A stretch of 60,225 nucleotides of DNA, filler included, from Basidioascus undulatus (lineage: Eukaryota): NCBI GenBank assembly GCA_000826855.1. It is 4 parts of 4 records of this genome, joined end to end, with 100 filler letters (N's around TTAATTAATTAA, not from the genome) between each part and the next. Parts side by side here need not be neighbours in the genome. Positions count along the whole stretch, not along the records: positions 10,110 to 20,084 come from JTLS01001188.1; positions 20,185 to 30,190 come from JTLS01001189.1; 2 more parts are not named here. The stretch is one strand, 5' to 3'. Of this stretch, positions 12,937-24,201 are shown piece after piece. Both the position numbers and the translations under genes were made by a program. The stretch's first letter is position 1, and each line of letters starts with the position of its first letter. The notes under the pieces are model-generated. The model was not told where the DNA came from. It made no database searches and was given only the letters and a program-made list of their open reading frames with translations.

Positions 12937-14037
12937 TTAAAGGTCCTTCCCCTCTCGCTTCTCCGCATCCAGCAGTGCCTTCTGCTTCTTCGCCCTGTAC
13001 CGCCGGACAACGTCAGTGATCTCCCGCGGCGTGGGCCGAAAGATACTTACCGCATGTTGAAGTAGGTTCCAAGAATGAAGGAAATGCTGTGGGAGAGGCT
13101 GTTAGTATAGAGTCTGCACGCAACGATAAACGCGAGACGCACAGGTTGAAGTAGGGCACCCAGAGCTGCCACCGCGCGTAAACTTAGTAGGACGGACGAC
13201 TTGGGAATGATTCTGAGCACGCACCTCGGGCGACAGGTAATTCTGCGCGACGATCAGCGCCAAGGGGCTCGTGATCCAAGTAATCTGTTCGCCTCGCCTC
13301 TGGTCAACAATGGTTGAAACTCGTCAGGACGAGTGGTCATGAACGCACCCTGATCATGGGGAAGAAGCCAAGCTTGACAGTCTTGATCACGTCTTGCACG
13401 GTCTTCGCGCCATTGATGATCGCTGTCGCGGAGAGGTAGACTGGGCCAGGGACTCTTGAGCATTGTGTCGCGCGGACGCGCGGGGTGTCCGAACGCACCA
13501 ACAGTCTGGATGGGCGCAACAAGGGCATTGCTGGCCACAATCTGCGCCACCTTTGCCCCCGTGCTCGTCCGTCCCTGGAACGTCTTCTGGAGCAGTCTAC
13601 CAGGGGCATGCGATTTCAGCGTGTCGCGCCCAATTGTCGCAGACAGAAGATAGACCCACCCAACCAGCGTGTGTCCCATTGGAGCACTGATGAAGAAGCC
13701 ATACGCAGCGAGCTTCAGTGCGCGGCTGTCAATACCAGCCTTCGCGAGCACCCGACCGAGCTCGCTCTTGCCCTGAGGCGACGGGCGAGCGTTTGCCAGG
13801 TTGACCGCGAGAATCTCTTGGAAGAAGCCAAGGGTGCCTGACGTGGCCTGATATGAGCTCGCGCAAAGTGAGTGGTGTGTATATTCCTCGCTCACCCGAA
13901 GTGATGCACTTCGTCAGAAGCGGACGGGTTGCCAAACGCAGCAGATACGCTGCTAGAAGCGGGTGGACTGCCGGCTTGGGCGGGAGAGCGGGAACGGCGG
14001 CCACGACGGGCTTGACGAGGGTCCCAGGAGCAGACAT
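12937..14037 (-). CDS. Mpv17/PMP22 family membrane protein (peroxisomal PXMP2-like)
   Basis: Spliced product: HPLLAAYLLRLATRPLLTKCITS...GTLGFFQEILA...RALKLAAYGFFISAPMGHTL...KVAQIVASNALVAPIQT...WITSPLALIVAQNYLSPELWVPYFNL...GTYFNM...EGKDL*. These match PMP22 hallmark motifs. Confidence 0.9.
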
Positions 14038-15877
14038 TTCGAAAGATGGATCAGATGCGGTATCCAGTGAATGAGCAGATGAAGGTGAGAATGAACGAGT
14101 GCTACTGTTCACCCAGGAACTAGGATGGACGATGATGGAGGTCGGGTCAGGTGTTCCTGATGGGCGAAGGGGCGAAGGTCGGCCCGGCGCGGTATCCGGT
14201 CCGGCCTGCATTTGCCGACGTTGCTGTGTTTTCTTGCTGTTCTCTTTGTTTGCTTTCTCGCATTTTGCAAGCTCAGTTCTGGGTACTCGCACACCTGCAA
14301 GTCGTGTAGAAAAAAGGGTGGGGGTGCGAGGCTTACAGCGGGGAAGCTATGTAGAGCGGAGCACGACAAGGAACAATTGGTCGAGACCACGGCTGAAACT
14401 GACTCCTCAACGCCTTCGCTCATCGTCAGCATAGCACATGAATGGTTCAACGATGGGCACAGCTCTATGTGTAGGTTGTGCCAAGTTGCGCTCACTCGGA
14501 AGCGGTGTCACAAACCATACTCTTCGCGGCTGTTGTCGATAACAGGCTGCTTACACCGACAAGGTTGCGTTCGTAGAAGCGCATGCAGAAGGCATGGGGA
14601 AGCTTGTGTGGAGTACAGACCGTAACAATTCTCGGAGTGAGCATGCTGTCAGCAAGCAGAATGAGGACCTCCCTGCCCTCGCACTGTCGTTGCATTGCTT
14701 CATTTACGCATGGCTGTACAACGCATCTCAAATGGAACGATCAGCCTGGGACTTGGTATTACTGTGGTTCTCCAATCGCCACATCTCGTTTATTTACACA
14801 GAAGTGGTTCCCCAACGCCGCATAAGCCAAAATGACTGTTTTGAAGCGTGATGCGTCGAGTTCGCCAGACCAAACGCATTCTTGCTTTAGGAAGTGGAAG
14901 GCGCGCCTAGCCTGCGCACGTCTGACCGACTCAGCACGAAAAAAGTCACGAATGTGGACTTGAGTGACACTAGAGCATGTACAAAACTGCATAAAGGCAA
15001 GTGGGGGAGCCATCCGGTTAGTTCTCGACTGTTGCCACTTACAGCTTCGCACCCAATGGGAGGGTACTTTCCGCGCGCTCTTGCTTGAAATATTCACCTG
15101 GAGCACCGTGAGAGTCTTGTTGAGAAGGGCGGACGGGGTTCACTTGTTCTTCTGCAAATTCCCATAAGAACACTGCAAAAGGGCAACTTGGATACCGCGC
15201 TCGCTGATGCAGCGCTCTCGGGCGGCTTGCAGTCCGATCTTGTCTCAGAACGCCATCTGCGCGTGTGTCCTTGGCTGGCTGAGGAAGCTGGTCGTAGGAA
15301 GTTCTCAGCAGGCCACTTTTATCATCTCTTACCACGTGTTTATCGGGCAGGCATGCAAAGCGAGTCGCGTCGTTACTTACGTCGGCTGTGCGAGGCGGGG
15401 GCCGCCCGACCAGCCGTCGGCATCCGCTCGTTGATCGCGAGCTCATCTTGATCGTTGCGCGGGGCCTCGACACCGTTCTGACAGGTGTGAGGGCTTGTTC
15501 GCCCCCGCTCCGCGGAGTCCTGCTTGTTCGCGGAGAACACTCGTCATTCTTCTGTGGGGCTTCGCTCTATAACAGACTGGCCCACCGCTGTGTTCTCTTT
15601 GGGATGCTGGCCCCGCCTGGGCTGACAACACTATCACGGCCGTTCCCCACGTCCCCCATACCATGCCAGACCATGCCGAGGCCTTCTCACCAACTCGGGA
15701 TGCGTGGCTCTGGGTGGGCTCCAAGAAGTGCTGAGATACTCCTCCTGTGTCGCTCTTCCCTCTCATCATTTCCTTCTTAACTCCCCCTCCCGCTCAACCA
15801 CGTCCTCCCTCTACCCACGACCGATCGACCTAATCTATCTACCTTCACCTTCTTTGTTTTGAACGCCGTCGCCCGTC

Positions 15878-18752
15878 ATGAGTGGGATGAAGAAGACCAC
15901 GATAAACTCCTCTCTTTTCCAGTCAGAGGCCGAGCAATCACACACTGAGGACGTCAGTGCGCCCTCTTCAACAAAGGTGAGGGCGTCGTGTAGTACTTTC
16001 GAAGCCTTGAGGACGAGTCTTGACGCCACATTTCACAGATCCAAGGCGAGCAGGACAAGATCGTGCTCATCCAATTCGAGGAGGGTGACCCCGAGAGTAA
16101 GACGGCACGCAGTCTGCATGAAGGTTCCGCAGCGCACTGATCGACTTGGCTTAATTAGATCCCATGAACTGGAGCAAGACTCAAAAATGGATTATCGTGA
16201 GTGGGCTACCATCGGCTTGGGCGTGGTGCTGGCAAGGGGTGCAGGACCTTGGCCTACGCACACAGTTGCAGTGGCGGCGTTTGGGAGGTTGCCGCCCACG
16301 GCGACCACTTCTTTTACCCCGTTTTGAGCCCTGCTGACAATGGCATCTCGGTCGTCATAGACGGCCCTGCTGTGTATGATGACTTGCTTCATTGGTCTGT
16401 CAACATCGGCATACAGTAACACGGTCACCCCGATGGCGCGGGAGTACGGCGTATCCACAGAGGCGGCGCAAGTGGGCATGTTCACGTACGTGTTTCTACT
16501 GCAATGATAGTAATCTCGGTGAATTATATAGCTTATACAACGTTGAATGCCGTGCGTCTACAGTTTCAACGCAGCCTGTGCCATCGCTCCTCTTTTCATA
16601 GCACCGTACGTGTTTATGGACCCTCTCCTTGATTATGCGATACCACTGACTACTCTTATGATCAATTCCCAGGCTTTGCGAGCTCGTCGGACGAAGAGAG
16701 ATCTATCTCGGCGCCTACACGTGCTTCGTGCTCATCTTCCTCATACTCGCGCTCGGCAAAAGCATCGGCACCCAGATCGTCGGCCGCCTTCTCAGCGGTA
16801 TCTTCGGTTCCTGCGGTACGATCCTCGTGGGAGGAACGCTTGCGGACATCTGGGACACCGCCGAGCGGTCGGTCCCCATGTCGTGCTTCACGTTCGTGGC
16901 GATCTTCGGTACCATTGCCGCCCCGATGTAAGCGCAGTCCATTCGCTCGAACTGTCCCAGTAGAACCAAAGCTAATATAGTACCCTCCAAAAGGTACTGC
17001 GGATACATCAGCCAGCCCATCGGGTGGCGCTGGATTGAGTGGGTGCACGTAAGTCTTCACATGCGTGGATTTCCCAAACGAGCTTGAGGCTTAAATCCAT
17101 CATTTGTATAGATGATCGCCAGCGGCGTCCTCCTCATTTTTGAGATCTTCCTCCTCAAGGAGACCCGTGGCGCTGTCATTCTCGCTCGTCGGGCGAAGAA
17201 GCTCCGCAAGGAGACGGGCGACAACCGCTTCCGCGCGCCGATCGAGCTCGAGAACGAGAGCCTCAAGGGTCTCTTCCACCAGTCGTGCACCCGCTCTATC
17301 TACCTCCTCATCCGCGAGCCTGTCGTCTTCTTCTTCGGCCTGTAAATTTCCCTCCTCACCGTCCCTGTGGGCTGCGTCATCCGTCGATTCATGAGCTGAT
17401 TTCGGGCCCTTGTTTTTTCAGGTTCATTGGTAGGTTTCCTATTACATTGTCTTCATGACGGGCTTTCCGACTTACGAGAAACCCCCCTCTAGCCTTCGCC
17501 TGGGGAATTACGTTCCTGGTAGGTTTCCTATCACATTGGCTTCATAAGGGACCCCAGATTGACAGAAAACCCCCCTGCGTCCTGTAGTTCTTCAGCGTCG
17601 TGAGTAGTCCGCTACAGCCTTCCCTGTAGCGTGGTTTCTGCACCAGAGACTCATATACATATGCATACGAGAGTCCCCAAGCTAACTGTCATATAATCCC
17701 CAGATTCCCCTCACGTTCCAAGGCAACCACGGCTGGAGCGAGGGCAACTCCGGCCTGCCCTACATCTCGCTCATGATCGGCTGTGTCCTCGGCTTCATCT
17801 CCGGCTTCTGGAGCGACAAAATATATGACCAGGCGACGGAGACGAACAACGGTAAGGCGGTCCCTGAGGCCCGCCTTTACGGTGCCATGTTCTTTGCTCC
17901 CTTCTTCCCCGTCGGTACGTGATTCCTGTCGCAGCGGGACTGCCTTGTGGCCGGTCTGCGCTGATGGTATCTTGTTGGGGAGTGTACAGGCCTCTACATA
18001 TTTTCCTTCACCCAGTACAGCCATATCCACTGGGTGCGAGACTTCATCCGTCTCAACGTCATGCAGTCTGAGCTGACGTTTCCACGTGCCGCACAGATCG
18101 CGCCCATCATCGCCCTCTGCCCCATCATTTTCGGTGTGTTTTGACTGGGATAACGCAGTGAAATGTTTCCGTCCTGACGCAATTCATCACATCTTAGGCA
18201 TCTACCACGTCTTCTTGGCTGTCTACAACTGTAGGCCGCATTTACACGACATCCTGGTCCGGAGAACTCTTCCACTGACGCCTCCTCTCACCTCACCAGA
18301 CACCTCGGACTCGTACGGCGAATACAGCTCGTCCGCAATCGCCGGGCAAGGGTACGTTCCCGTTCGCGATTACGGGCCAACTTGCGCTCTTTCGTGCTGA
18401 CGTTGCTATGTTCAGTCTCATGCGTAACATGCTCGCCGCCGCCTTCCCGCTCTTCGGTACTCAGATGTTCAACAAGTAAGCCTCCTCCTCCAACAACCCT
18501 GTGGGCGTCTGCTCATCCGCAACCACTCCCCAAAAGCATGGGCTACCAGTATGCTGGCCTGCTCTGCGCGCTCATCGCCACCCTGCTCGTCCCCCTCCCG
18601 TTCATCCTCTTCAAGTGGGGTGCGGTCATCCGCAAGAAGTCCAAGTTCGCTCGACCCAGACGGGCGCGAACGACGACGAGGAGGAGAAGAAGACGGACGT
18701 CGAGAAGGCCAACCTATCGCAGTTGGGCGAAGGCACGAAGCGGACTATCTAG
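15878..18752 (+). CDS. MFS transporter, DHA1 (drug:H+ antiporter-1) family, very intron-rich
   Basis: Motifs: FEEGDPE-PMNWS, motif A PLCELVGRR, GRLLSGIFGSCG...GGTLADIW, GWRWIEW, LKETRG, EPVVFFFGL, VPEARL, DSYGEYSSSAIAGQG, AAFPLFG, LPFILFKWGAVIRKKSKFA. The C-terminal tail needs a 1-nt frameshift at ~18650. Confidence 0.92.
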
Positions 18753-20084
18753 GTTTCTTACGACTGCATATTTTTACGACTGCATAGCCACTTTAACGCA
18801 CTACTACACTACTGCTAGGATGCGCTTTTGCTCTGTTCGTGTGCTCACGACTGCGCTGTGAGGTTGCCACATGTGAATTGATCTCGTTCCCTGCGTCGCA
18901 TGTCCAGCTGCACTACACAAATACACTGGCCATGTTTTATTTTGCCACTCAGTACTCTGTGATGGGCGTAACAACAGTGCAAGGACTGCAACATTGCGCC
19001 TTGCTTGCTCAAGGCGCTAACGCCGTCGCTTCACTCTCGGGCTTGTTTGGGTGTCGCGGCCGTCAGAGCTGCTTTGACCTGTATCGTTGAACTATGGATC
19101 CCAAAGATCAAAGAATTCCTTTATTTACTCCGTTCAAATCTTGAGGGAACGTCCCATAAAGAGGAACTGATATGGTGCAGTCTGTGCTGCACGGATGGGA
19201 AAGGCCACTGTACCACCATTTCGTGCCATTTAGGGTCGTCATCAACGGACGCAGATGCACAGTCGTAACTCATGCAATGAGTTCGTGATTTCACCAAGCA
19301 TACCGAAGGTCTTCTTCATTGGCTCCGGCTTCACGGAGTGACTGTGCGCGAGCCTGCAAGGGTTCAGCATATGTCAGATCGGTCGACAACGGTACCTTGA
19401 TTTATTGTGAATATTTACCTAAAGGCTCTTTTGATCTCAACAAAGCTGACTGTCGGAATGCGCGACCTGGGTGCGACCTGTAGGACCGACTGCTGCCAAC
19501 GACGCAGCAGTGGCCGCTTCACGGCTAACCTTGCCTCAGCAGGCATGACAGACAATCTGCTAGAAGAAAAGACGGCGGAGATTCTTTGAGAATATCTCTT
19601 ATCTCTGTTGAGATGAGAAGAGGCGCACAAGCGAGCCTGCGAGCTCGGAGCAGCAGCAACTAACTCAGTCGTGAACGTCCACCACTTCTTTTGGATGTTT
19701 AGTCGGACTTGAAGGCTTATATTATACCTGCAAACGCGAGCTGAACCCGGGCAGTGCAGGGCTCGTCATTTCGTATCGGTCTACGCCACAGCCTGAGCCA
19801 CACCTTTGCTTCGCTCATGGACCTCAAGTGAAGAAAGGTTGGAGTGGAGACTAGCAAGACTACAAGGAGAAGCAATTGTCTGTGCAAATGTGAATGTGCC
19901 AGTGAGAACAGGGGTGATGCGCCCACCAATCCTAAGGTGATATGGTCACAACCCCCATCACTAACCATATACATTTCAAATACTCTCCCAATACTGCCAT
20001 TTCGGCAGTCACAAGGGCAAGTGAAGTGTCGGGACGGACCAGGAGCTTCAGCAAACTCTTCCAGCTTTCCCCCCCACCCCCCCC

Positions 20085-20184
20085 NNNNNNNNNNNNNNNN
20101 NNNNNNNNNNNNNNNNNNNNNNNNNNNNTTAATTAATTAANNNNNNNNNNNNNNNNNNNNNNNNNNNNNNNNNNNNNNNNNNNN
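20085..20184. other. Artificial contig-join spacer N44-TTAATTAATTAA-N44
   Basis: Same 100-nt linker. Flanks are C- and G-runs, typical of assembly breaks. Confidence 0.98.
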
Positions 20185-20346
20185 GGGGTATCAGGGCATT
20201 GATGGTGGTATTTGGGGCTTGATCGTTGGCAACTAGCGTAAGGAGGGGGTCGGGGTCGTACTACAAGGTTCGTATTGGTGTGTTCCTTACTGATTCATGG
20301 CGGGAAGGTCCTGATTGGGGCGGGATCGTTGGCAACTTGCCTGCAG

Positions 20347-21661
20347 GCTGCCATGGCTTCGTCTGTGACGCCCGGCATGGACGAGCTCCAGACCCTCACG
20401 CCCGCTGTGCGCAACGAGGTCCTCTCGGGCCACTTTGCGAAGCGCATCGGCGATCTTCCCGAGCCGGTGCCTGCCGCCGAGCTCGATTCCATCCTCGACC
20501 GCCTGGTCGGCATGAAGCTCACCGATGTCGTGGAGAGCTTGGGCAACCAGGGCGAGCTTGCGCGAAAGGTGCGTTCCGAAACCTGGGGCTTGGCATCGCG
20601 TTAGAAGGGCCGGATGCTGAGGGTAATGAGGAATGGATAGGTTTCCGAGATTCGGGAGTCCTTGCACAGCTCGCCTGCCCGGGAAACGGGCACTGGTACG
20701 ACGACCTCCCCGCACGCGGGCACCCTCTCGGCCGACATCACCCCCTCCACGCCGCTTTCTCGCGTTCCCTCCGTCACCTCCTCGACTGCGACATCCCCCT
20801 CCCCCGCCTCCGAACGCGAGCGCCTCCTCGGCGCCGTCGAGAAGCTCAACGGGTCCGCACAATCCGAGGACATCGTCGACCTCCTCATGGGCCTGCCCAA
20901 GAAGGAGCGCGCGCTGTGCCTCTTCAACGGGGAGTACCTCGCTGAGAAGGTCCGCTCCGCGCGCGAAGTCCTCGACGCGGACGAGGAGGACGATGCGCGT
21001 GCGCCGTCAACGCACTCCGCGCCGGCGACCGAGTCGCCCAAGAAGACTTCCGAGCCGGCGCTCAAGGCGTCCTCGTCCGACCCCGCGCTCGTGCCCGCGG
21101 CTCAGGCCGGTGCCGGCGCGGCGCCCGTGACGCTCGCGACGCTGAGCGCGCTCCCCGCCAAGGAGATCCTCGAGCGCCTGCAGAGCGGCGTGCCCGAGAC
21201 CGGACTGCCCGTGCCCAAGGCTGACGCCGCTACGGCCAAGGAGACGGACGAGTTCGTCGACTCGATCGCGCACTTGAACGCTACCGGCCAGAAGCAGAAG
21301 GTCGGCGACAAGCTGTTCAAGATCGTCAAGAGCTTCGGGGTCAAGAACGCGGTGCGTCCTCATCCAAATCGTTTGTACCCAACTGCGAGCTGAGGCTGAG
21401 GTATTTTTTTATTTCTTTTTTTTGCTCTTTGGGTGGTACAGCCCAAGATCACCATCTTCCTCCTCGACCGGGAGGACCTCCGCTCGCTCGCGCACCTTAT
21501 GAACGAGTACCCCGTCGTCCTCAAGGAGAAGTACGTGTCTGTCCCGCACGCCCACTCCTCACAGCCACGGTTATTTTTGTCATTTGCTGTATCGTTGACT
21601 GACTTGAGCGTACGGGGACAGGGTCCAAGGCATCGTCGAGCGCGGCGAGATCAAGGCATAG
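20347..21661 (+). CDS. rrm4: Rrm4-like endosomal mRNA-transport RNA-binding protein, C-terminal half with three MLLE (PABC) domains; RRM part lost at the gap
   Basis: C-terminus QKQKVGDKLFKIVKSFGVKNA|PKITIFLLDREDLRSLAHLMNEYPVVLKEK|VQGIVERGEIKA* closely resembles the last MLLE of Ustilago Rrm4 as I recall it. Upstream MLLE-like blocks: LTPAVRNEVLSG...LVGMKLTDVV and ERERLLGAV...DLLMGLPKKERALCLFN. Confidence 0.85.
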
Positions 21662-21942
21662 ATCCGTCTCGGCCTTTCCCACCCTCCTCATAAAACTTTT
21701 ACACTGCATCATTCGGGGATCCTGCTTGCCCCACTCTCTTCCCGTACCTAATACTTAGCTCCGTTGCATAGCATCTCACATACGCATCGTCGCGCATCAC
21801 ACACACTCGCTTTTACTTTCTGCCACCCACACCCTTACGATCCAAGCGACGACGTTGCACGAACCCCCTTTCCTCATCTCGATTTCGTTTTCGCCTTCCT
21901 TCATCATACGGTCGATAGCGCGCTACGCTCATTGCGCGGCAA

Positions 21943-22030
21943 AGCGGTGCTCCCTTTCGTGGTCTTTGTGTCTTGCTTCTCTCGTAGCGGTGCTCCCTTT
22001 CGTGGTCTCTTTGTGTCTTGCTTCTCTCGT
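21943..22030 (+). repeat. Tandem duplication of 43 and 45 nt downstream of the rrm4 stop
   Basis: AGCGGTGCTCCCTTTCGTGGTCT(CT)TTGTGTCTTGCTTCTCTCGT occurs twice, differing only by a CT insertion. Confidence 0.95.
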
Positions 22031-22297
22031 TACACTTAGCTAGCTAGCTCCCCATACCCCCACACGTTGCTCACATTACCCCCGTCTTGCTTCCTCTTCG
22101 CCCATCTTGCTTTACAGTCGCCTTTCTTCTCTCCAGTTTGGCCTTTTGAGTGAAAGAGAAACAGTTAAACGCGCGGCAGCCGCCCGATATGAAATGAACA
22201 AATTGCGCTGGATATGACTGGTATGGATGCTTAGTTCGCAGTTTAGTGTATCATTCTACAAGGGTAACGGGTCCCTGAAACGTCCGGGTCCAGAAGA

Positions 22298-23777
22298 TCA
22301 AGCAGCGACAGCCTTGACGACGACGGCGAGCGCGCCACCGGTGTGCAGAGGGTACCGCCTGTGCCCCACCACGGCTAGTAGTGTTTTGATCGTCCCTGAG
22401 TGGGCGGTTATAGACACGACTGGGTGACCGATTTCGCACGTAAGCCGCTCGGCCTGTGAAGTCAAAAGGGAGCAGAATGCGTACAGGTATTCTTGTCGTC
22501 CTTGAACAGTTTGTCCAGCCCGGCTCGAACGCGCGCCTGCTCCTCTTCAAAAGTTTCGCGGACATCAGGAAGCCAGAGCACGTCAGGGTCGGAAAAGTTC
22601 GGCTCGAACGTGAACGCGGGGAAGCCTGCGAGGGACGATCGGCGGGCGTGTCGGCGACTGGAGAGGGAGTACGGACGCACGCTCGCGAAGGAGGGAGGCT
22701 GACCGGCGCTTGTCGCACGTGTGAATGCCGATGCTCTCTCTGAAGGCCTGCTGACACTCGCATAAGATAGTGAAATCTTGGAACGCAAGAAGATGTCATT
22801 CAACTGACCTCGACGAATCGCGGCGTCCGCTCATGGAAGATCACATCGCCGAACGTGAGCTCCGCAGTGTGCGCCGCACGCAAGAGGGGGCTCGAGTAGA
22901 GAGACTCCGGCAAGGGAACGCCAAGCGGCAGCTCTTCCTTCCATATGGCGTTGGCGCTGTGGGCTTGTGAGATACCGACCTCAGTCAAGTCAGGGTCAGG
23001 ACCTGGGAGCGTACAGGATTGCCCTTCGAGTCAGATCACGCAAGGCAGCGATATGATCATGGGCGAAAGATGCGCACCCCAGACGAGGTTCCCGTCAGTG
23101 TCGAGGTGGGACCAGTGGCTGGACAATCGGGAGGTCAGTGAAGTCTTGTGAAGAACAAGACTGATGAATGGGAATGACGGAACTCGTCCCAAGCCTAACA
23201 ATGAGAGAGCAACTTTTCAGCGCGGTTCCGAATCACTGTAAATTTGTGGCTTTATTCCGCCTACCTGCGTGCCATAAAAACTGCACATGACATCGAGAGC
23301 ATAGGCTGGTAAGAGGGTTGTGACGAACGTGGAAGCGAACATATCGCGACGCACGACTCCGCAACGTTATGGTATCCCTGACCTGAAAATGGACATCTGT
23401 TACGGAGACACCTCGAATGAATGTTTACGGCTTTTGAACACCTACCATGTCGTCCGAGGAAAAGGACCTTGTATGTCGTGCCCGGAGGAGCCTCCTTGTT
23501 CAACGCTGCAGGTAGCGGATCAGCATACGCAACGTCTCGCAGATCAACCGGAATCCCGTCGAACCTTCGATTCGATCGACAAACTTCTGCCAACGTGAAG
23601 TCGAGTCGTCAATCAGCCCGAGCCTCGGCAGGATAGCCGGCGACGTGAGCGGGTCGGTGGACGACTCGGATTGAGCAAAGAAGCCAGGCACAGTCTGAGG
23701 CCAACGATAGAGTCAGCACCGATCGAAAATGGTGAGCAATTCATGTAGTTTTAGCGTGCAGTGAAGTGGAAAGCCAT
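22298..23777 (-). CDS. Histidine phosphatase superfamily / phosphoglycerate-mutase-like protein (Pmu1-like)
   Basis: Motifs: YKVLFLGRHG|QGYHNVAE (RHG), PDLTEVGISQA, LYSSPLLRA, RESIGIHTCDKRR, TAHSGTI. Ends ...AVVVKAVAA* (TGA 22298-22300). Proposed first intron is GC-AG. Confidence 0.88.
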
Positions 23778-24201
23778 GACAGCTATGAAGTTGGTGTGAT
23801 GAAGGAACAAGGAAAAGCCCACCCTCGGCCCGCGCTGGCACGCACGGCCGTGCAAGCACAGCCCTTTCCGCCTTTAACGGCTATCGCCATTCCTCACTCG
23901 TGTCGCCTCATCTTTTGAATGGACATTGATATGACTTTGGAAGAAACAACTCGAGAACAATTCTTATCTCTTTCCGGTTGACCCAGACTGCGCCTTACGT
24001 GCACTCTCCGCCGCGTCGTCAGTCGATACAGCACAATCGCCGCTGACATCACGTGTGCCCAGCAGCTCGTTCCTCTTCTGGCCAATGGACCGGCATCATG
24101 AAAATACCTCCACTATTTTCGATCTATCCCTCTGCTTGCACTCCGACTCTCATCTTCTCAACACACCCGTTCTTAGAACCCTATACCGCCAATCATTCAC
24201 C

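Noticed and set aside
3246..14037. Peroxisomal gene cluster (IDE-SKL plus PMP22)
   Set aside because: An artificial linker separates them, so adjacency is not established.
14500..15500. Short ORFs between the PMP22 and DHA1 genes
   Set aside because: No motif or splice support; treated as intergenic or degenerate.
22240..22300. Cryptic peroxisomal targeting by stop-codon readthrough (TGA CTA) in the enzyme genes
   Set aside because: Stop contexts checked (phosphatase TGA TCT, reductase TGA GAT) lack the CTA motif, and the phosphatase extension ends LPL, not a PTS1.
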